A stretch of 37,835 bases of DNA from the IMG/VR virus record IMGVR_UViG_3300020045_002070, positions 1 to 37,835 of that record; one strand, 5' to 3'. Positions within the stretch are counted from its first letter, which is position 1; every line of letters begins with the position of its first letter. Positions 7,192 through 16,797 of the stretch are shown here, one piece after another. The notes below the pieces were generated by a model, which saw nothing but the letters and a program-made list of their open reading frames with translations, was not told the origin of the DNA and searched no databases. This DNA comes from a virus (Duplodnaviria > Caudoviricetes). The translations under genes and the position numbers were made by a program.

Positions 7192-8384
7192 TGGCTGAAC
7201 AAGAACAAGAACATGCAAAACATTCTCCCTCACAGTTGCACCGCATAATAGCGTGCCCACAAAGTGCACGACTATGTGAGGGAGAACTTAATGAGACATC
7301 TGGGTATGCAGAAGAGGGTACAATGCTTCATAAAGTTATGGAGCACACCCTGGCCACGTGGCACAATCTTGGTGTACCAGTTATACCTGATAATCTCTCA
7401 CTGATGTCCACTAAAATAGAACCACTGACCAGAGAGCAGCGTAGAGCGTGTGAGGGCGCAGCTGAGTACTATCATGGCGTACTTATCGAAGCCTTTATTG
7501 AGGGTGTCTGCTCAGTTGAGTTAGAAGCGAAGTCTTCCCTGGCCTTTCTCAACATGCCAACTTGTTACGGGACGACCGACGTGCGTATTAAAACCCCTAA
7601 GACCTTACACATCCTTGATTGGAAGTTCGGCCAGGGGATTGAGGTGCACGTTAAAGATAACCCGCAGTTCTTGGCGTATGCTCTTGGGTCTGTCGGTGAC
7701 TTAGTAGAACTTCTAGCATACGACAGAATAGTCACTCATGTGGTGCAACCTAGGTTGAACAACTACTATGGCCAGGAGTACACTCCACAAGAATTGATTC
7801 TGTGGGGAGAAGAGATACTGCGACCTGCTCTTATTGCTACAGAGACTGACGGACCCTGTCACCCTGGCGTTGACCAGTGTAGATGGTGCCTTGCTAAACA
7901 CAAATGCAAAGCACGCTACGAATATGCAGCACGGACTGCACAGGAGATATTTACAATGTATGCTCAAGGTGAAGACACTATAACAGATGAACGCGTTGCG
8001 CACTTACTGAGAGACGCGAAGATGCTCGAATATTATATCAAGGATCTTAAGACTCGCGCTCTTGACCAGTGCTGCTCAGGCAAAGGCTTTCCTGGTTTCA
8101 AAGCAGTCAGTGGCCGCACATCACGATCATGGAAGAACGAAGAAGCCGCTCGAGAGTTTCTCCTGGCCAGAGCTGACCAGGGTGAATTTAGCTTTGAGGA
8201 CTTGTTTGAGAGCAAGTTTCTCAGTCCACCAAAAGCTGAGAAGTTAACTCGCACAATGAAGAAGGACGAAGAGTTTTTGGCTCTCATTGCTGTGAGTCCT
8301 GGAGCACCAACACTTGTCCCTGAGACAGACCCACGGGCAGCGTATAGAGCTGAAGCAGCCCAGGCTTTTGCTGCATTTTTGTAA
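7191..8384 (+). CDS. DUF2800 Cas4-like PD-(D/E)XK exonuclease
   Basis: HAKHSPSQLHRIIACP, AEEGTMLH, GTTD, ILDWKFGQG, NPQFLAYALG, VVQPRL, CRWCLAKHKC. Confidence 0.9.
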   Translation: MAEQEQEHAKHSPSQLHRIIACPQSARLCEGELNETSGYAEEGTMLHKVMEHTLATWHNLGVPVIPDNLSLMSTKIEPLTREQRRACEGAAEYYHGVLIEAFIEGVCSVELEAKSSLAFLNMPTCYGTTDVRIKTPKTLHILDWKFGQGIEVHVKDNPQFLAYALGSVGDLVELLAYDRIVTHVVQPRLNNYYGQEYTPQELILWGEEILRPALIATETDGPCHPGVDQCRWCLAKHKCKARYEYAARTAQEIFTMYAQGEDTITDERVAHLLRDAKMLEYYIKDLKTRALDQCCSGKGFPGFKAVSGRTSRSWKNEEAAREFLLARADQGEFSFEDLFESKFLSPPKAEKLTRTMKKDEEFLALIAVSPGAPTLVPETDPRAAYRAEAAQAFAAFL

Positions 8385-8439
8385 TAAATACAAAATGAAA
8401 ACGCAGCAAAACAAAAATGAAAACGCCGCAAAATAAGTG

Positions 8440-8468
8440 TGTACTTTGGTTTAAAAATGTGCTATAAT
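8440..8468 (+). promoter_or_regulatory. sigma70-type promoter with extended -10
   Basis: TGTACT-17-TATAAT preceded by TG; upstream tandem repeat AAAATGAAAACGC(A/C)GCAAAA. Confidence 0.8.
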
Positions 8469-8524
8469 GTTTTTAAAAGTGAATGTGAGAGCAACCAAAA
8501 CCCTAATGTTTAAAGGAGTCTAAA

Positions 8525-9061
8525 ATGACTGAAACTCTGGATGTAAAAGTACCAAAAAGAACTGTTATACTTGAGGCTATTCAGGCTGGCGGAGCTACCA
8601 AAGAATCTTTGATGGAACTCGCTGAGTGTTCATCTGCAAGTCTTGCAACAAACTTTACCTATCTGCGCCTCATGGGCAAATACCCCGTGAAGAATGACGA
8701 TGACACTTTTGCCATCGTGACAGAAGCAGAGTGGGCAGAGATCACTGCTGACCGCAAAGCCAAGGCTGTTGACCGCAAGGTCTCCACACCCAAGACACCG
8801 GTTGAGCTCTTTAAGATGGCTGAGAAGAGACTTGAGCGTTGCAACAAAGCTCTTGAAGTTGCACAGCAGAAAGCTGAGCACTTTGGTGACAGCGAGATCG
8901 TACAGCTTCGTTTGACGATTACCACCGCTGAAGCCCGCCTTGCTCAGCTCTGCCTTGATGACGCCGCCAAAGGTCTTACTGAGGCAGACCTCGAAGCCCT
9001 TGACACAACGCCTGACGAGGTAGATACTGACACCACCGAAGACACAGACGACCTGGTATAA
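8525..9061 (+). CDS. wHTH + coiled-coil protein with acidic tail
   Basis: KRTVILEAIQAGGATKESLMELAECSSASLATNFTYLRLMG parallels the 756-1043 wHTH; D/E/T-rich C-terminus; AAAGGAG RBS. Confidence 0.7.
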   Translation: MTETLDVKVPKRTVILEAIQAGGATKESLMELAECSSASLATNFTYLRLMGKYPVKNDDDTFAIVTEAEWAEITADRKAKAVDRKVSTPKTPVELFKMAEKRLERCNKALEVAQQKAEHFGDSEIVQLRLTITTAEARLAQLCLDDAAKGLTEADLEALDTTPDEVDTDTTEDTDDLV

Positions 9062-9071
9062 CGGCTGCACC

Positions 9072-9098
9072 GTGAGCCACTCATAGTGAGTGGCTCAC
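9072..9098 (+). terminator. 12-bp hairpin (terminator or mRNA stabiliser)
   Basis: GTGAGCCACTCA-tag-TGAGTGGCTCAC just after the stop; no U-tract. Confidence 0.55.
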
Positions 9099-9126
9099 AC
9101 TAAATACGTAAATAAGGAAATACGAC

Positions 9127-9486
9127 ATGGCACACGAGCACAAATTCTCATCTGGCAAGGTCCGCTATGATCTTGTTGACCCCGAAGCAATCCACGGAAT
9201 AGCGCTTGCCTTCACTCATGGCCAGGATAAAGGTTATGAAGAGTACTCATGGCAGAAGGTTCCTGCTGCTGAGTATGTAGGAGCGTATCAACGTCACATG
9301 CGAGAGCACCTCAGAGCACTGAAAACCAACAACATCAATTATGCGTTCGACAAAGAGTCAGGGTTGCTGCACATCGATCATGCTATGGCGTGCCTTAGCA
9401 TTCTTCGGTGGCACATTACCCAAAACAAGGTAGTTCAGAAACGGTTAGACAACAGGGAGGAAGCACATGAAAATTCAGACATATGA
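9127..9486 (+). CDS. DUF5664-like (dATP/dGTP diphosphohydrolase N-terminal domain) protein
   Basis: K..SGKVRYDLVDP..A.AFTHG..KGY..YSWQK..RH..DKESGLLHIDHAMACL signature. Confidence 0.8.
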   Translation: MAHEHKFSSGKVRYDLVDPEAIHGIALAFTHGQDKGYEEYSWQKVPAAEYVGAYQRHMREHLRALKTNNINYAFDKESGLLHIDHAMACLSILRWHITQNKVVQKRLDNREEAHENSDI

Positions 9487-10144
9487 AGACATCACTATCG
9501 AGGTTCTACGCTCAACACAGCAGCCTGCTAAGCTGGTTCACATGGCTGCACGACAGACGCAAGTTATGTGTCCTGCTGAGGGTGCTGAAGATCCTGCAAA
9601 GTTGATCGAGTTTCTGGTTAACTCCGGGCACCATAGCCCGCTGGAGCATGCCCATATAACTCTTCACCTACGTGGCTGCTCGAGATCTCTCCTGGCCCAG
9701 ATCACACGCCAGCGCACATTTAAATTTACGTCTTCAAGTCAGCATTTCCAGGACTCCAAAGACTATCCTTGTGTAGTCCATCAAGATCTTATTGGTTCAC
9801 AAAAGCATTTGATGGAGATCTATGATACTGCTTTCACGGCAGCGTACAAGGCCTACATTGATCTGATGCACGAGGGAGTTCCTAAAGAAGAAGCTCGGCA
9901 GGTCTTGCCAAATGCAGCTGCAGTAAACTTGATCGTCACAGCTGACGCCCGTAACATGATGTACTTCTTGATTCAACGGCGTTGCCAACGTAATGTTGAG
10001 GAAATGCAGATTGTTGCAGATGGCTTTTCAAAGATCTGCAAGGCTTGGTTTCCCGAGCTTTTCAAACTTGTAGGGCCTGACTGCATAATGACAGGTAAGT
10101 GTCATCAAGGATCCTTGATTGCACCGGAGTGCATGGGCGTATGA
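9467..10144 (+). CDS. thyX: FAD-dependent thymidylate synthase ThyX-like (atypical motif)
   Basis: GHHSPLEH, SRSLLAQITRQR-x7-S, EEARQVLPNA. Confidence 0.85.
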   Translation: MKIQTYEDITIEVLRSTQQPAKLVHMAARQTQVMCPAEGAEDPAKLIEFLVNSGHHSPLEHAHITLHLRGCSRSLLAQITRQRTFKFTSSSQHFQDSKDYPCVVHQDLIGSQKHLMEIYDTAFTAAYKAYIDLMHEGVPKEEARQVLPNAAAVNLIVTADARNMMYFLIQRRCQRNVEEMQIVADGFSKICKAWFPELFKLVGPDCIMTGKCHQGSLIAPECMGV

Positions 10145-10521
10145 AACAGATTGTAGCAACCCAGTTGGCCTATCAAATAGCTCTGGGCAATGGACCTGAC
10201 AGCTTTGATGGCCAGGAAGGTAGGATGCAGTACATACGTGATACTTGTCTTGCCCTGAACATAGAAGTTGCAGAGTTCCTGCAGGAGTTGCCATGGAAGC
10301 CTTGGCGTCCTGCGTATAGGCAACCCTGCAATATAGACAAAGCTGCAGAAGAGTTAGTAGATGTAATTATCTTTGCCCTCAATTTGTGGATAACTCTTGG
10401 TTGGGCTCAACCTGGCCAGAGTGGAGCAACTTTAGAGCAGATGATAAAGCAGAAGCAAAAGACGAACAGTGAACGACTAACAAGTGGATACAATAAAACT
10501 AAAACAGGAGAAACAAAATGA
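10141..10521 (+). CDS. all-alpha (MazG/dimeric dUTPase-like) dNTP pyrophosphatase
   Basis: LNIEVAEFLQELPWKPW...EELVDVIIF; ATGA overlap at 10141. Confidence 0.8.
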   Translation: MKQIVATQLAYQIALGNGPDSFDGQEGRMQYIRDTCLALNIEVAEFLQELPWKPWRPAYRQPCNIDKAAEELVDVIIFALNLWITLGWAQPGQSGATLEQMIKQKQKTNSERLTSGYNKTKTGETK

Positions 10522-11078
10522 GCGTAACACCAGAGATGATTGCGTCCTTCGTAAAAGTATTTGAAGCAGAGCCAAACCTTTCAGGTGACATGAAGTATTC
10601 CATTCAGTTGATGATTCCCAAGACTGACAAGAAAGGAATCGCGCTGCTCGAGTCATACATTGCCAAGGCCAAAGAGAAAGGCAAAGAGAAAAAATGGGGT
10701 GGCAAGGTTCCGACCTTCAGGTATCAGCCTCTTCGTGATGGTGATGTTGAACTGGCTTCTGGCGAAAAGACGGATGCCTGCTATAAGGGCATGATGTTTA
10801 TCAATGCTTCAAGTAGTGAGAAAGATCGGCCCCAGATTGTTGGTCCCGACGCAATGCCTCTAATGGACGAGAGCATCCTGTATTCTGGTTGTGTCGTTCG
10901 TGCAGACCTGAGTGCCTTCGCCTACAAGAATGGCGGTAACTGCGGTATTGGTTGGTACCTCAACAGTCTTATGGTTGTACGTGATGGCCAGCGCCTAGAT
11001 GGCAAGCAGAACGCCGTTGATGCTTTCGCAGGTTATGCAGTTGAAGAGGCAAGCCCGACAGAGGAAGGACTTGAGTAA
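10518..11078 (+). CDS. DUF2815 ssDNA-binding protein
   Basis: KYSIQLMIPKTD, PLRDGD, FINASS, YSGCVVRA, GIGWYLN, DGQRL; acidic C-terminal tail. Confidence 0.9.
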   Translation: MSVTPEMIASFVKVFEAEPNLSGDMKYSIQLMIPKTDKKGIALLESYIAKAKEKGKEKKWGGKVPTFRYQPLRDGDVELASGEKTDACYKGMMFINASSSEKDRPQIVGPDAMPLMDESILYSGCVVRADLSAFAYKNGGNCGIGWYLNSLMVVRDGQRLDGKQNAVDAFAGYAVEEASPTEEGLE

Positions 11079-11091
11079 ACAGTAGATCCTG

Positions 11092-11176
11092 GATAGCTTA
11101 AGCTATCTAAATTTCAACTTTCTTAACTTTTAAGTATAACCCTATTAGCTCAAATTCGTAATGAATTTGAGCTAAT
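11092..11176. promoter_or_regulatory. two palindromes (operator-like or hairpin)
   Basis: GATAGCTTAAGCTATC 11092-11107; ATTAGCTCAAATTC-gtaat-GAATTTGAGCTAAT 11144-11176. Confidence 0.55.
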
Positions 11177-11215
11177 TTGGACACTATAAATACATAATAC
11201 GTATAAGGAGCTCCC

Positions 11216-11512
11216 ATGAAAGTAACAAAACAATACAGTGTACTTCTGGAACTAACCCAGGAAGAGGCAGACAACCTTGCAACCCTCATGGCAAACATGG
11301 ATGCAAAGATAGGTGGGCAGCTCCGTTTAGATATATTCAGGGCAATCAGGGGTAGAGAGATCGATGCGCCAGCACCGCATAATTACTATAGCAGTGTAGG
11401 TGCTGGAGGGGCTACCTGCAATGAAGAAAGCTTTATACCTAACCATGGATGTGTAGCTGTTGAGAACATGGGGCAGGGGGCACGTAAAGACGTATATAAG
11501 GAGAAGTGGTAA
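11216..11512 (+). CDS. hypothetical protein
   Basis: TAAGGAG RBS. Confidence 0.7.
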   Translation: MKVTKQYSVLLELTQEEADNLATLMANMDAKIGGQLRLDIFRAIRGREIDAPAPHNYYSSVGAGGATCNEESFIPNHGCVAVENMGQGARKDVYKEKW

Positions 11513-11712
11513 TCATGAATGCACCGATAGACCCTATTGGCCCTATTGGCCCTAATGAACTAATCTGTTTGGACTGCTTTTGGACAGGCTTAGCAGAAGA
11601 CTTGCAAACCTATGACTTCTTCGAAGGCCTACAAGTTTGCCCTGTGTGCGGATCTGACCATATAACGTACCATAGAATTATAAGAGGTGGCCTTGCTAAA
11701 ACTAAGGATTGA
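11506..11712 (+). CDS. small zinc-ribbon protein
   Basis: CLDC...CPVCGS; AAGGAG RBS. Confidence 0.65.
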   Translation: MVIMNAPIDPIGPIGPNELICLDCFWTGLAEDLQTYDFFEGLQVCPVCGSDHITYHRIIRGGLAKTKD

Positions 11713-13627
11713 CTTTGAAACATATAGTGAAGTAGATATCAACCTGGTCGGAGCGTTCAAGTATATAGATCACTCTTCAACCCGGCCACTGTGTATGTCA
11801 TACAAGATAAATGATGAACAAACTAAGTTGTGGACAGACAAGTTAGATATCCCTGAAGACCTACAGGTAGCAGCAGACTTGTGTTCCTCTGGCCAGGGGA
11901 AAGCCTATGCTTTTAATGCAACGTTTGACTTGACCGTGTGGAACAAGCTAATGGCGGACGCATATGACTTGCCTGTCATTCCTCTTGAAAACTGGGTAGA
12001 CGTTCAAGCCCTCTGTGCGCGCTTCAAGTTACCACAAAACTTGCTGAATGCAGGTCGTGCGTTAGGCTGTGCTACTGAGAAGATGGCAGTAGGTAAAGTA
12101 TTAATACGGAAGTGCTGTATTCCTGGTGGTAATCCAACAACGCAGAACTTTATAGATCTCGGGCAATACTGTATAGTAGATACAGATGTCATGACAGAGG
12201 TTATGGAGAGACTGCCTGTCGATTACCTCACACCACAAGAGCAGCAGATATGGGAGATGACTTATAAGATTAACGAACGAGGTGTGCCAGTTGACCCTGC
12301 GGAGTGTAATGCTATAATCAAATACCTTAAGATTTACATGGAAGGCCAGGTAAAGATACTACCAGAGTTGACCAACGGTTTTGTTACTACACCTGGCCAG
12401 ATACAAAAGATAAAAGCTTTCTGTGCTAAGCAAGGTGTTGAGATGCCTAACTTATCTGCAGAAATAGTTACCGAATTTCTGGCTATGGATGACTTGCCTG
12501 ATGTTGTCCGTTCAGTACTGCGTCTGCGGCAAGAGCTTGGCAAGAGTTCTGTTAAGAAGTTCCTTACAATTGCGCAGATGCAGAATCGTGGGAGGGTACA
12601 AGGGAACCTTAACTATCATGGCGCGGGTACAGGACGGTGGGCTGGTAGAGGCTTTCAATACCATAACTTGCCAAGAGCGAAGACTAAAGAACCAGAGGTC
12701 TGGCTACAGCGGTTCATAGATCGTGAACCTATGGAAGACCCAGTAGAAATGGCTAAAGCTCTTATAAGGCCTATGATCAAAGCACCACAGGGCCAAAGTC
12801 TTATTGTTTCTGATTACTCATCTATAGAGAATAGGTTCTTAGCGTGGCTGGCTGGTGACGAGTTAACTCTTCAAGGATTTAGAAATGACTTTGACCAGTA
12901 CAAAGATATGGCGTCCTTCTTGTATGACAAGCCTGTCGAAGATATTGCAAAGTCTGAAAGACAACTTGGTAAAGCGCTGATCCTCGGATGTGGCTACGGG
13001 ATGTCATTTCGTAGGTTTGTAGTAGCTGCTCAGACTTATGGAGTATTCATCGATGATAACCAAGCGCGCATAGCTGTTGATGCTTACCGTAAAAAGTACT
13101 ACCTCATAGTAAAGATGTGGTACAGACTGGCTAATGCTGTTATGAATGCTGTAAAGTTTCCTGGTAAGAAGTACGAGTCTAACAGGTGTGAGTGTTCAAA
13201 AGTTAAAGACAAAGTAGGTCACTCATGGTTGCGTATTACGTTACCCTCTGGCCGAGCGTTAATGTATATGGACCCTCATATTGGCCAGGGAAAATATGGT
13301 CCTGCTGTTTATTACAAAGGCCAAGATCAAAAGACTTTTCAGTGGACAAACAAAGAGTTAACACCTGGTCTGATTACAGAGAATGTTACACAAGCCGGTT
13401 CGCGTGATGTGCTGTGCGAGGGTATGCTTGAACTACAATCGAAGATGCCTGAAGCAGAGCTTATCCTTTGTGTGCATGATGAAGTAGGCACAGTTATCCA
13501 TGACTCACTCATTGATGACACTCTTATGGAGAGATTTAATACGCATTTCTGTGTCAACAAAGAGTACCGACATGACCTGCCACTAAAGGCTGAAGGTTAT
13601 ATTTCACGGAGGTACAGAAAAGACTAA
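11687..13627 (+). CDS. family A DNA polymerase with 3'-5' exonuclease (APSE/SPO2-like)
   Basis: Exo IDFETYS, FNATFD; GAGTGRWAGR; motif A SDYSSIENR, motif B RQLGKALILGCGYG, motif C VHDE. Confidence 0.95.
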   Translation: MALLKLRIDFETYSEVDINLVGAFKYIDHSSTRPLCMSYKINDEQTKLWTDKLDIPEDLQVAADLCSSGQGKAYAFNATFDLTVWNKLMADAYDLPVIPLENWVDVQALCARFKLPQNLLNAGRALGCATEKMAVGKVLIRKCCIPGGNPTTQNFIDLGQYCIVDTDVMTEVMERLPVDYLTPQEQQIWEMTYKINERGVPVDPAECNAIIKYLKIYMEGQVKILPELTNGFVTTPGQIQKIKAFCAKQGVEMPNLSAEIVTEFLAMDDLPDVVRSVLRLRQELGKSSVKKFLTIAQMQNRGRVQGNLNYHGAGTGRWAGRGFQYHNLPRAKTKEPEVWLQRFIDREPMEDPVEMAKALIRPMIKAPQGQSLIVSDYSSIENRFLAWLAGDELTLQGFRNDFDQYKDMASFLYDKPVEDIAKSERQLGKALILGCGYGMSFRRFVVAAQTYGVFIDDNQARIAVDAYRKKYYLIVKMWYRLANAVMNAVKFPGKKYESNRCECSKVKDKVGHSWLRITLPSGRALMYMDPHIGQGKYGPAVYYKGQDQKTFQWTNKELTPGLITENVTQAGSRDVLCEGMLELQSKMPEAELILCVHDEVGTVIHDSLIDDTLMERFNTHFCVNKEYRHDLPLKAEGYISRRYRKD

Positions 13628-13914
13628 TGAACTTTAAAGAGATGTTGCCTGTGTTTAACTATGACGAAGAGAAGCAGTTCTTTGAGGAGATGTCAGGGTG
13701 GGTTAAGTTTCAGCCTATCTTAGCAGAGATCGAAGATCCCGTTGAGTGCCTTAAAAGACTTGCGTATGAAATACAGTATTACCAGCGCAAGATGATTATG
13801 GAACGGCTAGTGCAGAAGTACAATAAAATAAAAGCCAAAGAGATGGAGCGTGCATTTTATGAGTATTACAATAGCAAACGTCGTGCCGCGTGTAGCACGA
13901 GAGAAGATAGTTGA
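13627..13914 (+). CDS. hypothetical protein
   Basis: TAATG coupling to pol; GGAGG RBS. Confidence 0.7.
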   Translation: MNFKEMLPVFNYDEEKQFFEEMSGWVKFQPILAEIEDPVECLKRLAYEIQYYQRKMIMERLVQKYNKIKAKEMERAFYEYYNSKRRAACSTREDS

Positions 13915-14227
13915 GAAGTACTTGGTACGCGAGATTGCAAAGATAGGTGGCACAGCTTACAAGTTTGTGTCTGAGCAACACCGTGGAGTTACAGATCGCT
14001 TGTGTGTGCTGCCCAACAGAGTTGTATTGTTTGTTGAGTGCAAACGGCCAGGAAAGGAACCTACTCCTGCGCAGTGGCGCGAGCTAGAGCGCTTAAGGGA
14101 GAAAGGACAGCTAGCTACCTGGGTGTCTACAAAAGAAGAAGTAGACTACATGATTAACCGAGTCAAGCCGAAGGGTTTAAAGCTACCCTTCTTGTCAGCA
14201 GAAACTTTAAGGGAGGACGGCAGATGA
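13850..14227 (+). CDS. VRR-NUC nuclease (true start probably a little downstream)
   Basis: REKIVEKYL, GGTAYKFVS, GVTDRL, FVECKRPG..PTPAQ. Confidence 0.9.
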   Translation: MHFMSITIANVVPRVAREKIVEKYLVREIAKIGGTAYKFVSEQHRGVTDRLCVLPNRVVLFVECKRPGKEPTPAQWRELERLREKGQLATWVSTKEEVDYMINRVKPKGLKLPFLSAETLREDGR

Positions 14228-15027
14228 TTGAAAGACATGAAGTGCAGCAACTGAAAGAGTACAATGAGAGCAAGATGAAGTTCCCTTGTCTTGGTCAGGT
14301 GAAAATGGATGGCATCTTTGGTAGGTGGGACCCCATAGAGAAGGCCTTCTTCACACGCCCAAATGCAGTGACTAAGAAGCAGACACGCATCAGGGGACTA
14401 GGCATACTTGAGCGTGAAATGGCACATCATACGGTACCCTTCGATGGCGAACTTGTTATTCCTGGCCAGAACTTTTATACTATGAATGGTGATATCCGCA
14501 GCTTTAATGAAACACCTAACTGTGTTTACTACGTGTTCGATCGGCCAGAAGATAAGGGGTACGCTCAGCGGCATGCAGCTTACTTTGATCAAGTGACAAA
14601 TACACATGTGCAACCTATCAAGGTGCACGTTCTGCATAACCAGGAAGCTGCTGATTCATTCTACCAGAAAGTGTTGACAGCTAAACATGAAGGCGTTGTG
14701 TACAAGAGTGTTGACGCTTTATATCGGCATGGCAAACACTGGGAAAACATGAAGCGCGTTCCTATCAAGACTTGTGAGTGTAAAGTAGTATGCGCATATG
14801 AAGGTCTCGGCAAATTAAAAGGCATGCTTGGTGGGTTTGTTGTAGACTTTAATGGTGTGTCTGTTAAGGTAGGCGGTGGACCAGGTATAGACATGGCTGC
14901 ACGAAAAGAAATGTGGGATAACCAAGATGCTTATCTCGGGCAGCTGATGAAGTGCCAGTATAAGAAGCTTACCAATCATGGTTCAATGAGATCTCCACAA
15001 ATGCTAGGAATACGATGGGACATTTAG
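14224..15027 (+). CDS. ATP-dependent DNA ligase
   Basis: KMDG adenylation motif, FDGEL, YYVFD, EGVVYK, C-terminal OB fold. Confidence 0.9.
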   Translation: MIERHEVQQLKEYNESKMKFPCLGQVKMDGIFGRWDPIEKAFFTRPNAVTKKQTRIRGLGILEREMAHHTVPFDGELVIPGQNFYTMNGDIRSFNETPNCVYYVFDRPEDKGYAQRHAAYFDQVTNTHVQPIKVHVLHNQEAADSFYQKVLTAKHEGVVYKSVDALYRHGKHWENMKRVPIKTCECKVVCAYEGLGKLKGMLGGFVVDFNGVSVKVGGGPGIDMAARKEMWDNQDAYLGQLMKCQYKKLTNHGSMRSPQMLGIRWDI

Positions 15028-16400
15028 AACCACATGAGTATCAGGTAAGAGGTAAAGAGTTTTGGCTGGCTAACACTAGAGCGTACTACGCAGTGGATAT
15101 GGGACTAGGCAAAACTCTAACAACTCTAATGGCTCTAAAGGAGATAGGGAAGCGTGCTCTCATCATAGCGCCTGTAAGAACTATCCATACCACCTGGCCA
15201 GAGGAAATCTTAAAATGGAATTTTGACTTTGACTTTGAAGTTATACATGGTGCAGATAAAGGTGCAGCATTAAAGAGGAAAGCAGATCTGTACATATCTA
15301 ACTTCGAAACAGTGCCATTCATCTATAAACATCTTGTCTCTCTGGTCAAAGCTAAGAAGCCTATGCCATTTGAGGTATGTGTTATAGATGAAGGTTCCAT
15401 GATCAAGTCATCTGATACTCTGCGGTTCAAGTACTTGAAGGCTTTACGAAGTGTGTTTCCAAAGTACCGTCTCATACTGAGTGGCACACCAGCGCCCAAC
15501 TCATTAGAGGATCTGTGGTCTCAGTACTACTGGCTAACTGATGGTGCTGCTTTAGGGGAAAGGATAACGCACTTCCGTAATAAGTATTTCACGTATACTA
15601 AAGAAGCATTTAAGTGGACATTAAAACCTGGAGCTGACCAGGAGATATATAAAGCTGTAGCACCTTATACTTTTAGGCTTGACGCTAAGGACCATTTAAA
15701 GCTACCAAATCTGATTAAGAATGAGATTAAGCTTGAACTACCTAAGCAACTTGAAAGTCAGTATAAGGAGCTTGAAACGAGCTTCTATCTTGAACTAAAT
15801 GGAATAGAGCATGAAGTATTTAATAAGGCCAGTTTGAGTATGAAGCTCCGTCAATTCTTGCAAGGTGGATTATATTACCCATTAGCGGAGGTAGATAAGA
15901 ATGGTGATCATCTAAGAGGCACAACGTTTGTCCATGATCTCAAGCTCAAAGCGTTGCAAGAATTAGTAGAGGTCACACCTGGCCCGGTACTTGCAACCAT
16001 TCAATTTAAATTTGAGCTTGAGATCATACGTAAGAAGTACCCAGATGCTCCTATAATAGCAGGAGGAACATCTGCTAAAGTTGCGGCACAATACATTAAG
16101 GAGTGGAACAAAGGTAATGTACCACTCCTTATATGTCACCCAGCATCAATATCACATGGTGTTAACTTACAGTCTGGTGGCTGCACAATCTGTTGGTATG
16201 GTATGACGTGGAGTCTTGAGCAGTACTTACAGTTTAATGCAAGACTTCATAGACAGGGCCAGAAGAATGCAGTGACTGTGCACCACTTGTTAGTACGAGG
16301 AACAGTAGATGAGAAAGTCTACAGGGCAATAGCGCAGAAAAATATGAACCAACGTAAGTTACTTGATTACTTAAGGAGTGTGTCTAATGGCAATAAATAA
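15015..16400 (+). CDS. SNF2-family helicase
   Basis: DMGLGKT, IDEGS, SGTPAPN, HGVNLQ, QFNARLHRQGQ. Confidence 0.92.
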   Translation: MGHLEPHEYQVRGKEFWLANTRAYYAVDMGLGKTLTTLMALKEIGKRALIIAPVRTIHTTWPEEILKWNFDFDFEVIHGADKGAALKRKADLYISNFETVPFIYKHLVSLVKAKKPMPFEVCVIDEGSMIKSSDTLRFKYLKALRSVFPKYRLILSGTPAPNSLEDLWSQYYWLTDGAALGERITHFRNKYFTYTKEAFKWTLKPGADQEIYKAVAPYTFRLDAKDHLKLPNLIKNEIKLELPKQLESQYKELETSFYLELNGIEHEVFNKASLSMKLRQFLQGGLYYPLAEVDKNGDHLRGTTFVHDLKLKALQELVEVTPGPVLATIQFKFELEIIRKKYPDAPIIAGGTSAKVAAQYIKEWNKGNVPLLICHPASISHGVNLQSGGCTICWYGMTWSLEQYLQFNARLHRQGQKNAVTVHHLLVRGTVDEKVYRAIAQKNMNQRKLLDYLRSVSNGNK

Positions 16401-16797
16401 GTGGCATAGGCGAATGATGGATGTTGCAGAGCTCGTAGCCACCTGGTCTAAGGATCCTAATCATAAAGTAGGTGCTGTGCTTACTTCACTAGATAACCGG
16501 ATCTTAGCAACAGGCTTTAATGGTTTTCCGAAGCATGTTGAAGTCGCTCCTTCTGCTTGTGGTAGTACGATTCATGCAGAAGTAAATGCTCTGCTGGCCG
16601 CACGTATGACAGCAGAGCACAAGAAGATGTATGTAACACGCTGCCCATGTCTTTCATGTGCAGCGTGCATGATTCAAGCAGGTGTGATCAAAGTTATTAC
16701 AAGACCACCAGAGCCTGAGTCTCACTGGTTTAAAGAAATGAATGATGCAGTAGAGCTCCTTAAACAAAGGGCTGTTGAAGTTATATTTATTGCTTAA
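16387..16797 (+). CDS. dCMP deaminase-like zinc deaminase
   Basis: WSKDP..KVGA, TGFNG, HAE, PCLSC; AAGGAG RBS before ATG 16387. Confidence 0.9.
   Translation: MAINKWHRRMMDVAELVATWSKDPNHKVGAVLTSLDNRILATGFNGFPKHVEVAPSACGSTIHAEVNALLAARMTAEHKKMYVTRCPCLSCAACMIQAGVIKVITRPPEPESHWFKEMNDAVELLKQRAVEVIFIA

Noticed and set aside
7191-8384. Cas4 implying a CRISPR system
   Set aside because: It is the common DUF2800 replication nuclease; no repeat-spacer array or other cas genes.
8033-9070. Long antisense ORFs (8033-8431, 8630-9070; also 20429-20905, 25619-26086)
   Set aside because: Shadows of real genes with no RBS or recognisable motif.
9127-9486. 2-aminoadenine (Z) or 7-deazaguanine genome pathway
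   Set aside because: No PurZ, DatZ, DpdA, FolE or QueC/D/E-like genes seen.
11530-11556. 9-bp tandem repeat CCCTATTGG
   Set aside because: Short in-frame slippage repeat (PIG PIG) with no further structure.
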